DNA of 63,911 nt, the filler included, from Licmophora abbreviata (lineage: Eukaryota): assembly GCA_900291995.1 (NCBI GenBank). It is 19 parts of 19 records of this genome, joined end to end, with 100 filler letters (N's around TTAATTAATTAA, not from the genome) between each part and the next. Parts side by side here need not be neighbours in the genome. Positions count along the whole stretch, not along the records: positions 10,442 to 14,871 come from OLMU01004991.1; positions 14,972 to 19,875 come from OLMU01004993.1; positions 19,976 to 21,384 come from OLMU01004996.1; 16 more parts are not named here. One strand, given 5' to 3'. This document shows positions 10,799-20,190 of the stretch, one piece after another; position 1 is the first letter of the stretch, and every line of letters begins with the position of its first letter. The notes below the pieces were generated by a model that saw nothing but the letters and a program-made list of their open reading frames with translations, was not told the origin of the DNA and searched no databases. A program made the translations under genes and the position numbers.

Positions 10799-12246
10799 CA
10801 GGTTCTCCAGAAATTGACGGTGAACATGACATAGACGGCCATGAGTTCCAGCCGTCCGATGAGCATGGCAAATGTCAGGATCCATTTCGCCGCGTCGTTC
10901 AGCGGCGCGAAATTCCCGGCCGGTCCGATAATATCGCCCAGACCGGGGCCGACATTGGCCAGCGCCGTGGCAGCCCCCGAGACCGAGGTGATGAAATCCA
11001 GCCCCGTCAGACCAAGCGCCACCGCCACGACACCAAGCGTGACGATGAAGAAGACGAAGAACGTCATCACCGAATTGAGGATATCGTCACTGATCGAGCG
11101 CCCTTCGAACCGCGGCGTAAAGACCGCATGGGGCGAATGAATGCGCCCCAGTTGCGCACTCACCGAAGCAAACAGGATCTGATAGCGGAAAATCTTGATC
11201 GAACATGTCGTCGATCCCGCGCAGCCTCCGATCAGGCCGATGAAAAAGAACAGCGCGATCAGGAATGGACCCCATGTCATGTAATCCACACTGGCATAGC
11301 CCGTGCCGCTCATGATCGAGGTGATGTTGAACGCCGCCTCGCGCAAGGCCTGTTCGGGATGATGCGGAAAGATCGTCAGCAGCACACCGGCGGTGACCAC
11401 GGCAAGCAGCGCGATCATCATCAGGAATGCCCGGACCTGGCTGTCACGAAAAAGCGCGCGATGGTTCCCGTTCAGAAGCTGAACATACCGCACGAACGGC
11501 AAAGCCGCGAGGATCATGAACAGGGTCGCCACCCATTCGGCGCTGCCCGAGAATGCCCCAAAGGAGGCGTCGTAATTCGCAAAGCCACCCGTGGAGACGG
11601 TGGTCAGCGCATGGACCGTGGCATCGAAGGCGTTCATGCCCGTTGCCAGATAAGCCAGCGTGCAGGCCAGCGTGAGCCCCACGTAGATCGTCGAAATGCT
11701 GGACGCGATCTGCGTGGCGCGCGGCAGGATCTTGCCCATCGTGTCAAAGGCCTCGGATCGAAAAAGCTGCATCCCCCCGATGCGCAGCTCCGGCAGGAAA
11801 ACCATCGCCACCACGATGATCCCGATCCCGCCCATCCATTGCAGGATGCCGCGCCACAGCAACAGACCCTTGGGAAGCGTATCGAGGCCCGACAGCACCG
11901 TGGAGCCTGTGGTGGTCAAACCCGACATCGCCTCGAAAATGGCATCGACGGCCCGCGCCTCGGTCTCGCCCAGCATGAACGGCAGCGCGCCGAACAGCGG
12001 CAGGAACACCCAGACCCCGGTTGTCAGCAAAAAGGTTTCCTGAACCGTCAGACTGTCCCTGACCCCGTTCCGGCACGCCAAGGACACCAGACCACCCACA
12101 AGCGTCGTGAGGATTGCGCTTTCGGCGAAGACGGGCCAATGCCCGCGCCCTTCGGCGATATCGACGGCAAGCGGGAAAATCATGGCCAACCCCATGGCCA
12201 CGACCACCAGTCCTATGACATATCCGACAGGCCGCACATCCAACAT
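10798..12246 (-). CDS. trkH: TrkH-family potassium uptake membrane protein
   Basis: FEAMSGLTTTGST, VSTGGF, IGGCAGST, NVGPG pore loops, MLIGRLE. Confidence 0.93.
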   Translation of the reverse strand: MLDVRPVGYVIGLVVVAMGLAMIFPLAVDIAEGRGHWPVFAESAILTTLVGGLVSLACRNGVRDSLTVQETFLLTTGVWVFLPLFGALPFMLGETEARAVDAIFEAMSGLTTTGSTVLSGLDTLPKGLLLWRGILQWMGGIGIIVVAMVFLPELRIGGMQLFRSEAFDTMGKILPRATQIASSISTIYVGLTLACTLAYLATGMNAFDATVHALTTVSTGGFANYDASFGAFSGSAEWVATLFMILAALPFVRYVQLLNGNHRALFRDSQVRAFLMMIALLAVVTAGVLLTIFPHHPEQALREAAFNITSIMSGTGYASVDYMTWGPFLIALFFFIGLIGGCAGSTTCSIKIFRYQILFASVSAQLGRIHSPHAVFTPRFEGRSISDDILNSVMTFFVFFIVTLGVVAVALGLTGLDFITSVSGAATALANVGPGLGDIIGPAGNFAPLNDAAKWILTFAMLIGRLELMAVYVMFTVNFWRT

Positions 12247-12343
12247 GAGGCGCACAGTTGGCCGCGCCCCATGTCACTGTCAAGCGCGAACGGATGCCCG
12301 CAACAGCCCGGCATGTCTCGCCGGGCCAAGACGCAATTCGCTC

Positions 12344-12571
12344 TTACCTGTAGAACAGATCGCGATAGACATGCTGCACGATATCGTCCCGGCGCAGACC
12401 GATGCCGGCCAGCTCGACATCGGACATTGCCTCGAGCGCCTCGATCTGGTCGCGACGCGATGCCCGGCGGGCATGAGCCTCGAACCCAAGGGCAAGCGCC
12501 GTGCCGACGGTTTTGAACCAGTCGCGCAGACGGGCGGGAGCATCAGAGATGTTGGTTGTGAATACGGCCAT
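12344..12571 (-). CDS. DUF1127-like small protein
   Basis: SRRDQIEALEAMSDVELAGIGLRRDDI motif. Confidence 0.8.
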   Translation of the reverse strand: MAVFTTNISDAPARLRDWFKTVGTALALGFEAHARRASRRDQIEALEAMSDVELAGIGLRRDDIVQHVYRDLFYR

Positions 12572-12683
12572 TTGGAAACCTCGCTCGGTTGCTTTCAGGT
12601 TTCCTCCCTGTTGGCCAAGTTAGGTCAGCAGTATTGACTTTACCAACATCAATTTATCAACCCGGCCTTGCACCGGTTGCAAC

Positions 12684-13157
12684 TCAGACCTGACTTGTGT
12701 CGCGTCCGTTCACGACCACGCTGCGCGGTGCCGGCATCGCTGGAGGCTTGGACGGTGCGCGCGGGCGCTTGGGCGTGCTGGCATCCGTTTGCGTGTCAAT
12801 GGTCTTGGCCGCAGGCCGCGCCTGGCTGATCGGAACAACCTGTCCCTGTGCCGCCGGTGCTTTCGGCGCAGTGGGCTTTGGCTCAGACGGCACAGGCATC
12901 GCCACGGACGTGGATTCTGTCAATACCGGCCCCGCAGATGTGCCAGCGGTCTTGCCCGCCACGGCCTCGGCCTTTTTCGCAACCGTCGCCTTGGTCACGG
13001 GACGGACATATGTCGCGCTCTTCGGCAAGAGAAACGGATTGGCAATCAGCGCGGCCCGACCGAACTCCTGTGCCACGCGCAGGTTGTTTTCTAAAAGGTA
13101 GCCAGCCAGACGAAACCCGGCGGCTGAAAGCGTGAACGGTGTCATCACGTATGTCAT
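12684..13157 (-). CDS. Hypothetical protein: short amphipathic N-terminus plus Ala/Pro/Lys/Thr-rich tail
   Basis: ATG at 13157 with AAGGGA RBS; fills the space between folE2 and DUF1127. Confidence 0.6.
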   Translation of the reverse strand: MTYVMTPFTLSAAGFRLAGYLLENNLRVAQEFGRAALIANPFLLPKSATYVRPVTKATVAKKAEAVAGKTAGTSAGPVLTESTSVAMPVPSEPKPTAPKAPAAQGQVVPISQARPAAKTIDTQTDASTPKRPRAPSKPPAMPAPRSVVVNGRDTSQV

Positions 13158-13296
13158 CGTGGTATCCCTTAGGCCTAGTGAACTGAAGAAGTCATGACTG
13201 GATTTTGTGACGATAGGATAACGCAAACCCGCCGTTCCGTGGCCTCTCGCACCAGTTACTGCCACGCCGGCCTCGCCTTCTGAGTGTAAAACGCGC

Positions 13297-13332
13297 AAAA
13301 GAAAACGCGGCGCCCAAGAATAGGGCACCGCG
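13297..13332 (-). terminator. Intrinsic terminator of folE2
   Basis: Minus strand CGCGGTGCCC-tattctt-GGGCGCCGCG-TTTTCTTTT. Confidence 0.7.
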
Positions 13333-13357
13333 CGAACTCTGGTGATAGCCCGACCGC

Positions 13358-14458
13358 TCAGCCGACGTGGAAGAGAGAGCTGAACATCCGCGGGTCGATG
13401 CTGTCCGACGCAAATGTCTCGCCCTCAGTCAGAACGCTGACGGCATCATGGCTGTGCAGGCTTTCCTGATGGCTGGCCACCACGCGGAAATCCCCGATCC
13501 GCTGATCCTTGAGCAACTGCTCGCAGAAGAGCCTTGCCGCATCCTCGACGAAAATCGGGTTGGCGGCGTTCAGCTCCGCAAAGGCCTGCTCGTCCTCGCG
13601 CTTCACCATGACCTGCGTTTCGGTCGGGACAGCGGCGCGGGCCATGTCGATCAGGTCTTCGAACCACAGGATCTGCGGCCCCTCGATTTCGATCGACAGG
13701 CGTGCGACCGAGCGTTGGGAATGCGGCGTCGCCAGCTGCCCGCGCGTCTGGCGCGCATGCTCGCTCAACTCCAACGAGCAGGGGCATGTGGACGAATAGA
13801 TGTAATCGAGATGCATGAACTTGCGACGCACCCCGTCCTGCTCGACCAGTTCCATCGCGATGTCATAATACTGATAGCCTTGCAGCCCCGAGCGCAGGGA
13901 TTGCACCTTGGCCGGATAAGAAAACCGCATCTGGAGCCGCGCATCGATCGTGTCCAGATCGGTGATGTAATCATCCAGCGCCGCTTCCATGACTTCGAAG
14001 CTGAAGGTCTTTTCGGCATGGCGATAGAAGCTGCGCATAATGCGCGACATGTTGATGCCCTTCTTGCCCGCCTCGAGGCTGACCGTGCCGGTCACACTGG
14101 TCTCGAGGGTCAGATCGCCATTGTCGCGGGTGTGAAACTGGATCGGCAGGCGGAAATTCGAAATACCCACATGCTGCAACTGCTGGCGCGCGCCGCGAAT
14201 GAGCGAGCTGGGGCCGTTCTGCAGATCCGGCAGAGACGCCTTGTAGGCGTCGCTGACCTCGAACTCATCCGGGTAATCGCGCGACAGATCCGGGTAGTTC
14301 GAGAGTGACCGGCCCGGCAAAAGCCGCGCGATGGCCGGGTCCAGATCGGCAACTTCCTCGGGGGTGGCTTGCGCAGCCCAGCTCCGCAGCCGCTCCAGCG
14401 CCGCTTTCGCCTCGTCCCGATCCGGCATGTCCGACAGTTCCCGCGTGTGAATATTCAT
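13358..14458 (-). CDS. folE2: GTP cyclohydrolase FolE2
   Basis: HVGISNFRLP, KGINMSRI, YSSTCPCS, PHSQRS, VKREDEQAFAE, ESLHSHDA. Confidence 0.95.
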   Translation of the reverse strand: MNIHTRELSDMPDRDEAKAALERLRSWAAQATPEEVADLDPAIARLLPGRSLSNYPDLSRDYPDEFEVSDAYKASLPDLQNGPSSLIRGARQQLQHVGISNFRLPIQFHTRDNGDLTLETSVTGTVSLEAGKKGINMSRIMRSFYRHAEKTFSFEVMEAALDDYITDLDTIDARLQMRFSYPAKVQSLRSGLQGYQYYDIAMELVEQDGVRRKFMHLDYIYSSTCPCSLELSEHARQTRGQLATPHSQRSVARLSIEIEGPQILWFEDLIDMARAAVPTETQVMVKREDEQAFAELNAANPIFVEDAARLFCEQLLKDQRIGDFRVVASHQESLHSHDAVSVLTEGETFASDSIDPRMFSSLFHVG

Positions 14459-14553
14459 TTCCGGCCCCCGATATTCAGCGCCCAGTGTATCTAAACATGG
14501 CCGCTAAGGATTTCCAATTTCGAAAGGAATTACGTCGGAAGCGACAGGCCGGA

Positions 14554-14989
14554 TCATTGTTTTTCGCCCGCAATGGTCAAAGCCCGAGAGATATCCGAAA
14601 TCAGATCCTCAGGATCTTCGATCCCCACCGACAGCCGCACCAACCCCGGCGTGATGCCGAGCAGGACCTTTTGATCCGCCGGCAAGCGTTGATGCGTGGT
14701 TGTCGCAGGGTGCGTGGCGATGGATTTCGCATCGCCCAGATTGTTCGAGATCACCACGATCTGCAGCGCATTCAGAAACCGGAACGCCGCCGACTGCCCG
14801 CCTGCAAGGTCCAGCGCCACCACCGTGCCGCCCTTGCCCATCTGCCGCACCACCAGATCGTTCTGCGGATGNNNNNNNNNNNNNNNNNNNNNNNNNNNNN
14901 NNNNNNNNNNNNNNNTTAATTAATTAANNNNNNNNNNNNNNNNNNNNNNNNNNNNNNNNNNNNNNNNNNNNGTTCCAATCGTCGCTCAT
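14554..14989 (-). CDS. metZ: O-succinylhomoserine sulfhydrylase (start MSDDWN at 14989, middle in gap, C-terminus 14554-14871)
   Basis: ISNNLGDAKSIATHPATTTHQRL...LVRLSVGIED; GGAGG RBS; SAM-II riboswitch upstream. Confidence 0.85.
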
Positions 14990-15018
14990 CTTCGTCCTCC
15001 AGGGCGCTTAGCCCAAAC

Positions 15019-15052
15019 AAAAAAACCCCCGTCGCGGTCAAGCGAAAGGGGG
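15019..15052 (-). terminator. Intrinsic terminator between the SAM-II aptamer and the metZ start
   Basis: Minus strand CCCCCTTTCGC-ttgacc-GCGACGGGGG followed by a T-tract. Confidence 0.75.
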
Positions 15053-15059
15053 CTCCTTC

Positions 15060-15122
15060 ATCCTGACCTCTTTAGCGGAGTTGTTTTACGTGGCCCGCAA
15101 TCCGGTAACAAATCGCCACGCC
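15060..15122 (-). ncRNA. SAM-II (SAM-alpha) riboswitch
   Basis: Minus strand CGTGGCGATTTG...CCGGATTGCGGGCCACGTAAAACAACTCCGCTAAAGAG matches the SAM-II consensus; upstream of metZ. Confidence 0.9.
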
Positions 15123-15125
15123 GTC

Positions 15126-15154
15126 GCTTTAGACCCGGTCGCGTGATCCGTCAA
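15126..15154 (-). promoter_or_regulatory. Putative sigma70 promoter of the metZ leader
   Basis: TTGACG-N17-TAAAGC just 5' of the aptamer. Confidence 0.55.
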
Positions 15155-15353
15155 CACCGTCATCCAGCTTTCGCATGGCCGCGACGGCAGCGTTCCATGT
15201 CTGCCACGGTGCAAAAGCACACCGTTGAACGGCGGGGTCGACGCACACCGCAGAAGATGAAGCAAGGTCAGCGACATGCGCTCCGGCCAACGGGAAACCG
15301 GCCCAAACACGGGCGCCGGCTTGTAATTTCAAAGACATACCGGAAAACCCCGG

Positions 15354-15956
15354 TCAGGCGTCCTCGTCCTGTGTGCCATGCTCGCGAAAGAGCTTACCCT
15401 GCGCCATGAAGAACACGAAGATCGCCGCCGTCAGACCGAATGTCTTGAAGTAAACCCATGTCTCTTCGCTCGTCAGGCGCCAGACAAGTTCATTCAAGAT
15501 CGCAAGACCAAAGAAGAACGCCGCCAGACGCCGGGTAAGGATCATCCATCCCTGATGGGTCAACGGCATCATGCCGTCCATCACATATTGCAGCCATGAC
15601 TGACCGCGCAGCAGCCCTGCCCCAAGAACCCCGGCGAAAATCAGATAGATGATCGTAGGCTTCATCTTGAAGAACCGCGGATCGTTGAACCAGACGCTCA
15701 TGCCACCGAACACGATGATCAGCACCGCCGTGACCACCTGCATCCGCGACAGATGCCCGGTCAGCCACCAAAGTATCCCCATCGCCAGCAGGAAAACCGG
15801 AATGAACCCGGCCGTGACCACGATAAAGCCGTCATACTCGGTGCCGCCAAAGGTAAAAACCCGGTCCTTGAGCATCAGATACGCCGCGAAAAACGCAATG
15901 ATCGGTCCCAGTTCAAGGCCGGTCTTCACCAACGGATTGATCTTCTGCTCGCTCAT
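15354..15956 (-). CDS. yciB: Inner membrane protein YciB / intracellular septation protein A
   Basis: LELGPIIAFF, FFKMKPTIIY, LNELVWR, WVYFKTFG. Confidence 0.92.
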   Translation of the reverse strand: MSEQKINPLVKTGLELGPIIAFFAAYLMLKDRVFTFGGTEYDGFIVVTAGFIPVFLLAMGILWWLTGHLSRMQVVTAVLIIVFGGMSVWFNDPRFFKMKPTIIYLIFAGVLGAGLLRGQSWLQYVMDGMMPLTHQGWMILTRRLAAFFFGLAILNELVWRLTSEETWVYFKTFGLTAAIFVFFMAQGKLFREHGTQDEDA

Positions 15957-16151
15957 ATCGGCCTCTCCGGTCACCGTCCAAAACGTGTCGACCCTGCCCC
16001 GAGGTCTCAGGCCGAAACGCGTGCACCGATCATGCGATGCGCTGATCTTTCACCTATCACAGCCCCCGGCGCAATCAATGGCATACGGGCATGGCACTGT
16101 GCCACAGGCATGGGGGCCGGCCAAAGGCAGGCCGCGCTCACGACCGGGGAC

Positions 16152-17417
16152 TCAGCCCCGCTCGAGCCCGGTCAGGGCCGCCGCGAAATCCTCAGGGTCG
16201 AACGGGGCCAGATCGTCGATCTGCTCGCCCACGCCGATCGCATGGATCGGCAGCCCGAACTTGTCAGCCAGCGCCACCAGCACACCGCCCTTCGCCGTAC
16301 CGTCCAGCTTGGTCATCACCAGCCCCGACACATCAGCCAGTTTCTGGAACGTTTCGACCTGGCTCAGCGCGTTCTGCCCCGTGGTGGCATCGAGCACCAG
16401 AAGCGTATTATGCGGCGCACCGGGATCTTTCTTGCGGATGACCCGGACGATCTTGGCCAGTTCTTCCATCAGGTCGGCCCGGTTCTGCAATCGCCCCGCC
16501 GTGTCGATCATCAGAAGGTCCGCGCCATCTGCCTGCGCCTTTTCCATCGCGTCGAACGCCAGACTGGCCGGATCAGACCCTTCCGGCGCGGTCAGCACCG
16601 GCACACCGGCCCGGTCGCCCCAGATCTGCAACTGCTCCACGGCGGCCGCGCGGAATGTGTCACCGGCAGCGATCACCACGCTCTTACCCGCCGCCTTGAA
16701 CTGGCTGGCCAGCTTGCCGATTGTCGTGGTCTTGCCCGATCCGTTCACGCCCACCACCAGCACGACTTGCGGGGTCTTGGGATAGATCGGCATGGGCCGG
16801 GCAACAGGCTCCATGATCCGGGTGATCTCCTGCGCCAGCAACTCTTTGATTTCCTGACCGGAAAGTTTGCGCCCCATGCGGCCCTCGGCCATGTTGGCGG
16901 TCACGCGCAGCGCGGTATCCACCCCCATATCCGCCGAGATCAGCAGCTCCTCGAGCTGCTCGAGCATGTCGTCGTCCAGCACGCGCCGCACGACGGTCTT
17001 GCCCTCCTTGCGACCCAAAAGACGCCCCAGAAGTCCCGGCTTGGCACTGTCTTGCGCCGGGCTGGTCACATCAGCGACGGGGATTTCTTGCGGCGTCGGC
17101 GCAGGGGCCGGATCGGGCGCGCGCACGGGCGCTTCGGGCGGGGTTTGGTCGGGCCATTCCAAGGGCGGCTCGGCAGGCGCTTCCGAGGGCGGCTCGGGGA
17201 CTTCCACGGGGCCGGGTTCCGGTTTGGGGGTTGGTTCCGGCTCAGGCTCGGGAACGGGCTCGCGCCGCGGCTCCGGCTCCGCGCGTGTCTCCGCGCGTGG
17301 CTCGGGTGCGGCAAGCACCTCTTCCTCGACGCCATCCTCCATGATCGCATCCAGACCGTCCTCGATTTTCGAGGAGGATTTGAACAGCCGTTCCTTGAGC
17401 TTCGTGAAAAACGCCAT
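16152..17417 (-). CDS. ftsY: Signal recognition particle receptor FtsY
   Basis: Acidic Pro-rich N-region; GVNGSGKTTT, DTFRAAA, DTAGRLQ, TKLDGTAKGG. Confidence 0.98.
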   Translation of the reverse strand: MAFFTKLKERLFKSSSKIEDGLDAIMEDGVEEEVLAAPEPRAETRAEPEPRREPVPEPEPEPTPKPEPGPVEVPEPPSEAPAEPPLEWPDQTPPEAPVRAPDPAPAPTPQEIPVADVTSPAQDSAKPGLLGRLLGRKEGKTVVRRVLDDDMLEQLEELLISADMGVDTALRVTANMAEGRMGRKLSGQEIKELLAQEITRIMEPVARPMPIYPKTPQVVLVVGVNGSGKTTTIGKLASQFKAAGKSVVIAAGDTFRAAAVEQLQIWGDRAGVPVLTAPEGSDPASLAFDAMEKAQADGADLLMIDTAGRLQNRADLMEELAKIVRVIRKKDPGAPHNTLLVLDATTGQNALSQVETFQKLADVSGLVMTKLDGTAKGGVLVALADKFGLPIHAIGVGEQIDDLAPFDPEDFAAALTGLERG

Positions 17418-17486
17418 GCGGCCTCCGATACCGTCTCAATCCTCACCTAATGCGGATCGTCAGGATTTGGAAGATGCCGGCATCCG

Positions 17487-19172
17487 TCAGATCTCGTCGG
17501 GAAAATGCTTGATCGTGAGCCGGATCGGGTTCGGCGCCGCCTGTCCCAGCCCGCAGATCGACGCATCGCCCATCGCCTGACAAAGCTCTTCCAACAGAGG
17601 CTGGTCCCATGTGTCGGCCTGCATCAGCTTGACCGCCTTCTCACATCCGACACGGCAGGGCGTGCACTGCCCGCAGCTTTCATCCTCGAAGAACCGCAGC
17701 ATGTTCAGGGCCGCCGCCTTGGCGGAATCCTTGTCCGACAGCACCACGACCGCCGCCGACCCGATGAAGGTGCCATGCGGCTGAAGCGTGTCGAAATCCA
17801 GCGGAATATCGTTCATCGACGCAGGCAACAGCCCCGAGGACGGCCCGCCCGGCTGATAGGCCTTGAAGCTGTGCCCCTCAAGCATACCGCCCGCCGCCTC
17901 GATGATATCGGTGATCGTCGATCCCGCAGGCAGCAGATGCACACCCGGCTTGTTGACGCGCCCCGACACCGAATAGGACCGCAACCCCTTGCGCCCGTTA
18001 CGTTCGACATCCGACAGGATCTCTTTGCCCTCGCGCAGAACGCGGGTGACCCAGTAAAGCGTCTCTATATTGTTCACCAGCGTCGGGCGATCGAAGATGC
18101 CCACCTGCGCCACAAAGGGCGGACGATGACGCGGCAGGCCGCGCTTGCCCTCAATCGATTCGATCATCGCGCTTTCTTCACCGCAGATATAGGCCCCGGC
18201 CCCCCGGCGCAGATCGATATAGCCCGGCGCCACGACACCGGCCGCTTCCAGTGCCGCGATCTCACGGCGCAGGATCTCCAGTACGGCGGGGTATTCGTCA
18301 CGCATGTAGATAAAGCAGGTCTCGGCCTCCACGGCCCAGGCTGCGATCAGCATTCCCTCAAGGAAAACATGCGGTTGCCGCTCAAGGTAAAAGCGATCTT
18401 TGAAGGTGCCCGGCTCGCCCTCATCGCCATTCACCGCCAGATAGCGGGGGCCTTTCTCGTCCCGCACAAAGCCCCATTTACGCCCCGACGGAAAGCCTGC
18501 TCCGCCAAGACCGCGCAGACCGGCATCCAGCAAGTCCTGCTGCACCGTCTCGAAATCGCCACCCTGGCGCAGTCGCGCCAGCACCTGATAGCCGCCCGCC
18601 TTCGCATAGGCGTCATAGGTTTCGTACTGCGGCACATGCGCATGGGTATCGTCGGCGGCGATCGCGTCGGCCACCTTTTCGGGGGTGGCGTGATCGATAT
18701 GGTTATGGCCAATCTCCAACACCGGCGCGGTATCGCAGCGCCCCATGCAGGGCGCGCGCAGAACCCGCACTTTCGCCGGGTCCAATCCGTCCTCCAGCGC
18801 CTTTTTCAACTGCTGTGCGCCCGCCAGTTCGCAACTCAGCGAATCGCACACCCGGATGGTCAGCGCGGGCGGCGGTGTCTCGCCTTCCTTGACCACGTCG
18901 AAATGTGCATAAAACGTCGCCACCTCATAAACTTCGGCCTGCGCGATGCGCAGCTCTTCGGCCAGCGCCCGCAGATGCGCAGCGGACAGATGCCCAAAAC
19001 GATCTTGAATGAGATGCAGATACTCGATCAGCAGATCGCGGCGGCGCGGCGCGGCGCCAAGCAGCTCCTGCACCTCCTGCCATGGGTGATCCTCGAGCTG
19101 GCGGCCCTTCGGCGTGTGACGGCCCTTGCCCTTGCCCGATTTCCAGACGCCCTTGCGTTCATCCAGTGCCAT
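17487..19172 (-). CDS. NuoE-NuoF fusion; NAD-dependent formate dehydrogenase beta-subunit type
   Basis: CDSLSC...CMGRC 2Fe-2S; GLRGLGGAGFP, NGDEGEPGTFKDR, YICGEE, ESCGQCTPCR. Confidence 0.88.
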   Translation of the reverse strand: MALDERKGVWKSGKGKGRHTPKGRQLEDHPWQEVQELLGAAPRRRDLLIEYLHLIQDRFGHLSAAHLRALAEELRIAQAEVYEVATFYAHFDVVKEGETPPPALTIRVCDSLSCELAGAQQLKKALEDGLDPAKVRVLRAPCMGRCDTAPVLEIGHNHIDHATPEKVADAIAADDTHAHVPQYETYDAYAKAGGYQVLARLRQGGDFETVQQDLLDAGLRGLGGAGFPSGRKWGFVRDEKGPRYLAVNGDEGEPGTFKDRFYLERQPHVFLEGMLIAAWAVEAETCFIYMRDEYPAVLEILRREIAALEAAGVVAPGYIDLRRGAGAYICGEESAMIESIEGKRGLPRHRPPFVAQVGIFDRPTLVNNIETLYWVTRVLREGKEILSDVERNGRKGLRSYSVSGRVNKPGVHLLPAGSTITDIIEAAGGMLEGHSFKAYQPGGPSSGLLPASMNDIPLDFDTLQPHGTFIGSAAVVVLSDKDSAKAAALNMLRFFEDESCGQCTPCRVGCEKAVKLMQADTWDQPLLEELCQAMGDASICGLGQAAPNPIRLTIKHFPDEI

Positions 19173-19347
19173 GCGCGTGTTCCCTGTCTGCGTTCCGCCC
19201 GACAGATACATATCACCAGCTCCCCGCGCGTGACCAAAAGCGACATCTGCACCACCGGAAACGTTGACAGAGGGGAAAATGCGGCGGTCCCGGACATGTG
19301 ATCGCTCGCCACTGGTCGCAACAGGCCCCATCTGTCACTATAGTGCC

Positions 19348-19746
19348 ATGCGTCGCATGATGTGGACCCTGTGCCTTTTGCTTTTGGCCCCCGCCTTGCG
19401 GGCCGATCCTGCCATGACCGCAGAAGAATTCGACGCCTACACAACCGGCAAGACCTTCTATTACGGCAATAACGGCGTGCCTTATGGTGCCGAGGAATAT
19501 CTCGATGACCGCCGCGTGATCTGGTCCTTTCTGGACGGCGAATGTCAGGAAGGCCGCTGGTACGAAGACAACGGGCTGATCTGCTTCGTCTACGACACCA
19601 ACCCCGACCCGCAATGCTGGAGCTTTCGGCAATCCGCGTCCGGCCTGATCGCACGATTCGAAAACGACCCGTCCGCCACCGAGCTTTACGAGGTCGAGCA
19701 AAGCCGCGACCCGCTGATCTGCCCCGGCCCCGAAATCGGCGTCTGA
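19348..19746 (+). CDS. Conserved hypothetical exported protein
   Basis: Signal peptide followed by MTAEEFDAYTTGKT...GAEEYL; four Cys in the mature part. Confidence 0.75.
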   Translation: MRRMMWTLCLLLLAPALRADPAMTAEEFDAYTTGKTFYYGNNGVPYGAEEYLDDRRVIWSFLDGECQEGRWYEDNGLICFVYDTNPDPQCWSFRQSASGLIARFENDPSATELYEVEQSRDPLICPGPEIGV

Positions 19747-19976
19747 GCAGGGCCTCGTGGCGCCATTCGGGCTTTCAGAAAATCAACCTGCTCCGCGAAG
19801 TCATCCACAGCCCTTTATGGCCCGCAAAGCAAATTCCGACGCAGCACCCCGTTCTCCACAGTCAGAACAGACTGCNNNNNNNNNNNNNNNNNNNNNNNNN
19901 NNNNNNNNNNNNNNNNNNNTTAATTAATTAANNNNNNNNNNNNNNNNNNNNNNNNNNNNNNNNNNNNNNNNNNNNC

Positions 19977-20081
19977 ACCGGCCGGGTGCAGCGCCAATCC
20001 GGCGTGGTGCATGTGGTGGCCGAAAAGGTCGAAGATATCTCACCCCTGCTCGATCGCCTGCTGGACCCGTCGCTGCGCTGA
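19977..20081 (+). CDS. dnaE2: C-terminal fragment of error-prone DNA polymerase DnaE2 (OB-fold end)
   Basis: Manual translation TGRVQRQSGVVHVVAEKVEDISPLLDRLLDPSLR*; only 34 residues visible. Confidence 0.65.
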   Translation, partial: TGRVQRQSGVVHVVAEKVEDISPLLDRLLDPSLR

Positions 20082-20190
20082 TCTTGCCACTCTGGGCCGA
20101 TCGCGGCATGGCCCCTTGCAAAACTGTGTTTCAGCTTTGCGGCGAAAGGCGATACACTCCGCGCAAAACAACGCCCCCGAGGCCCGAGCA

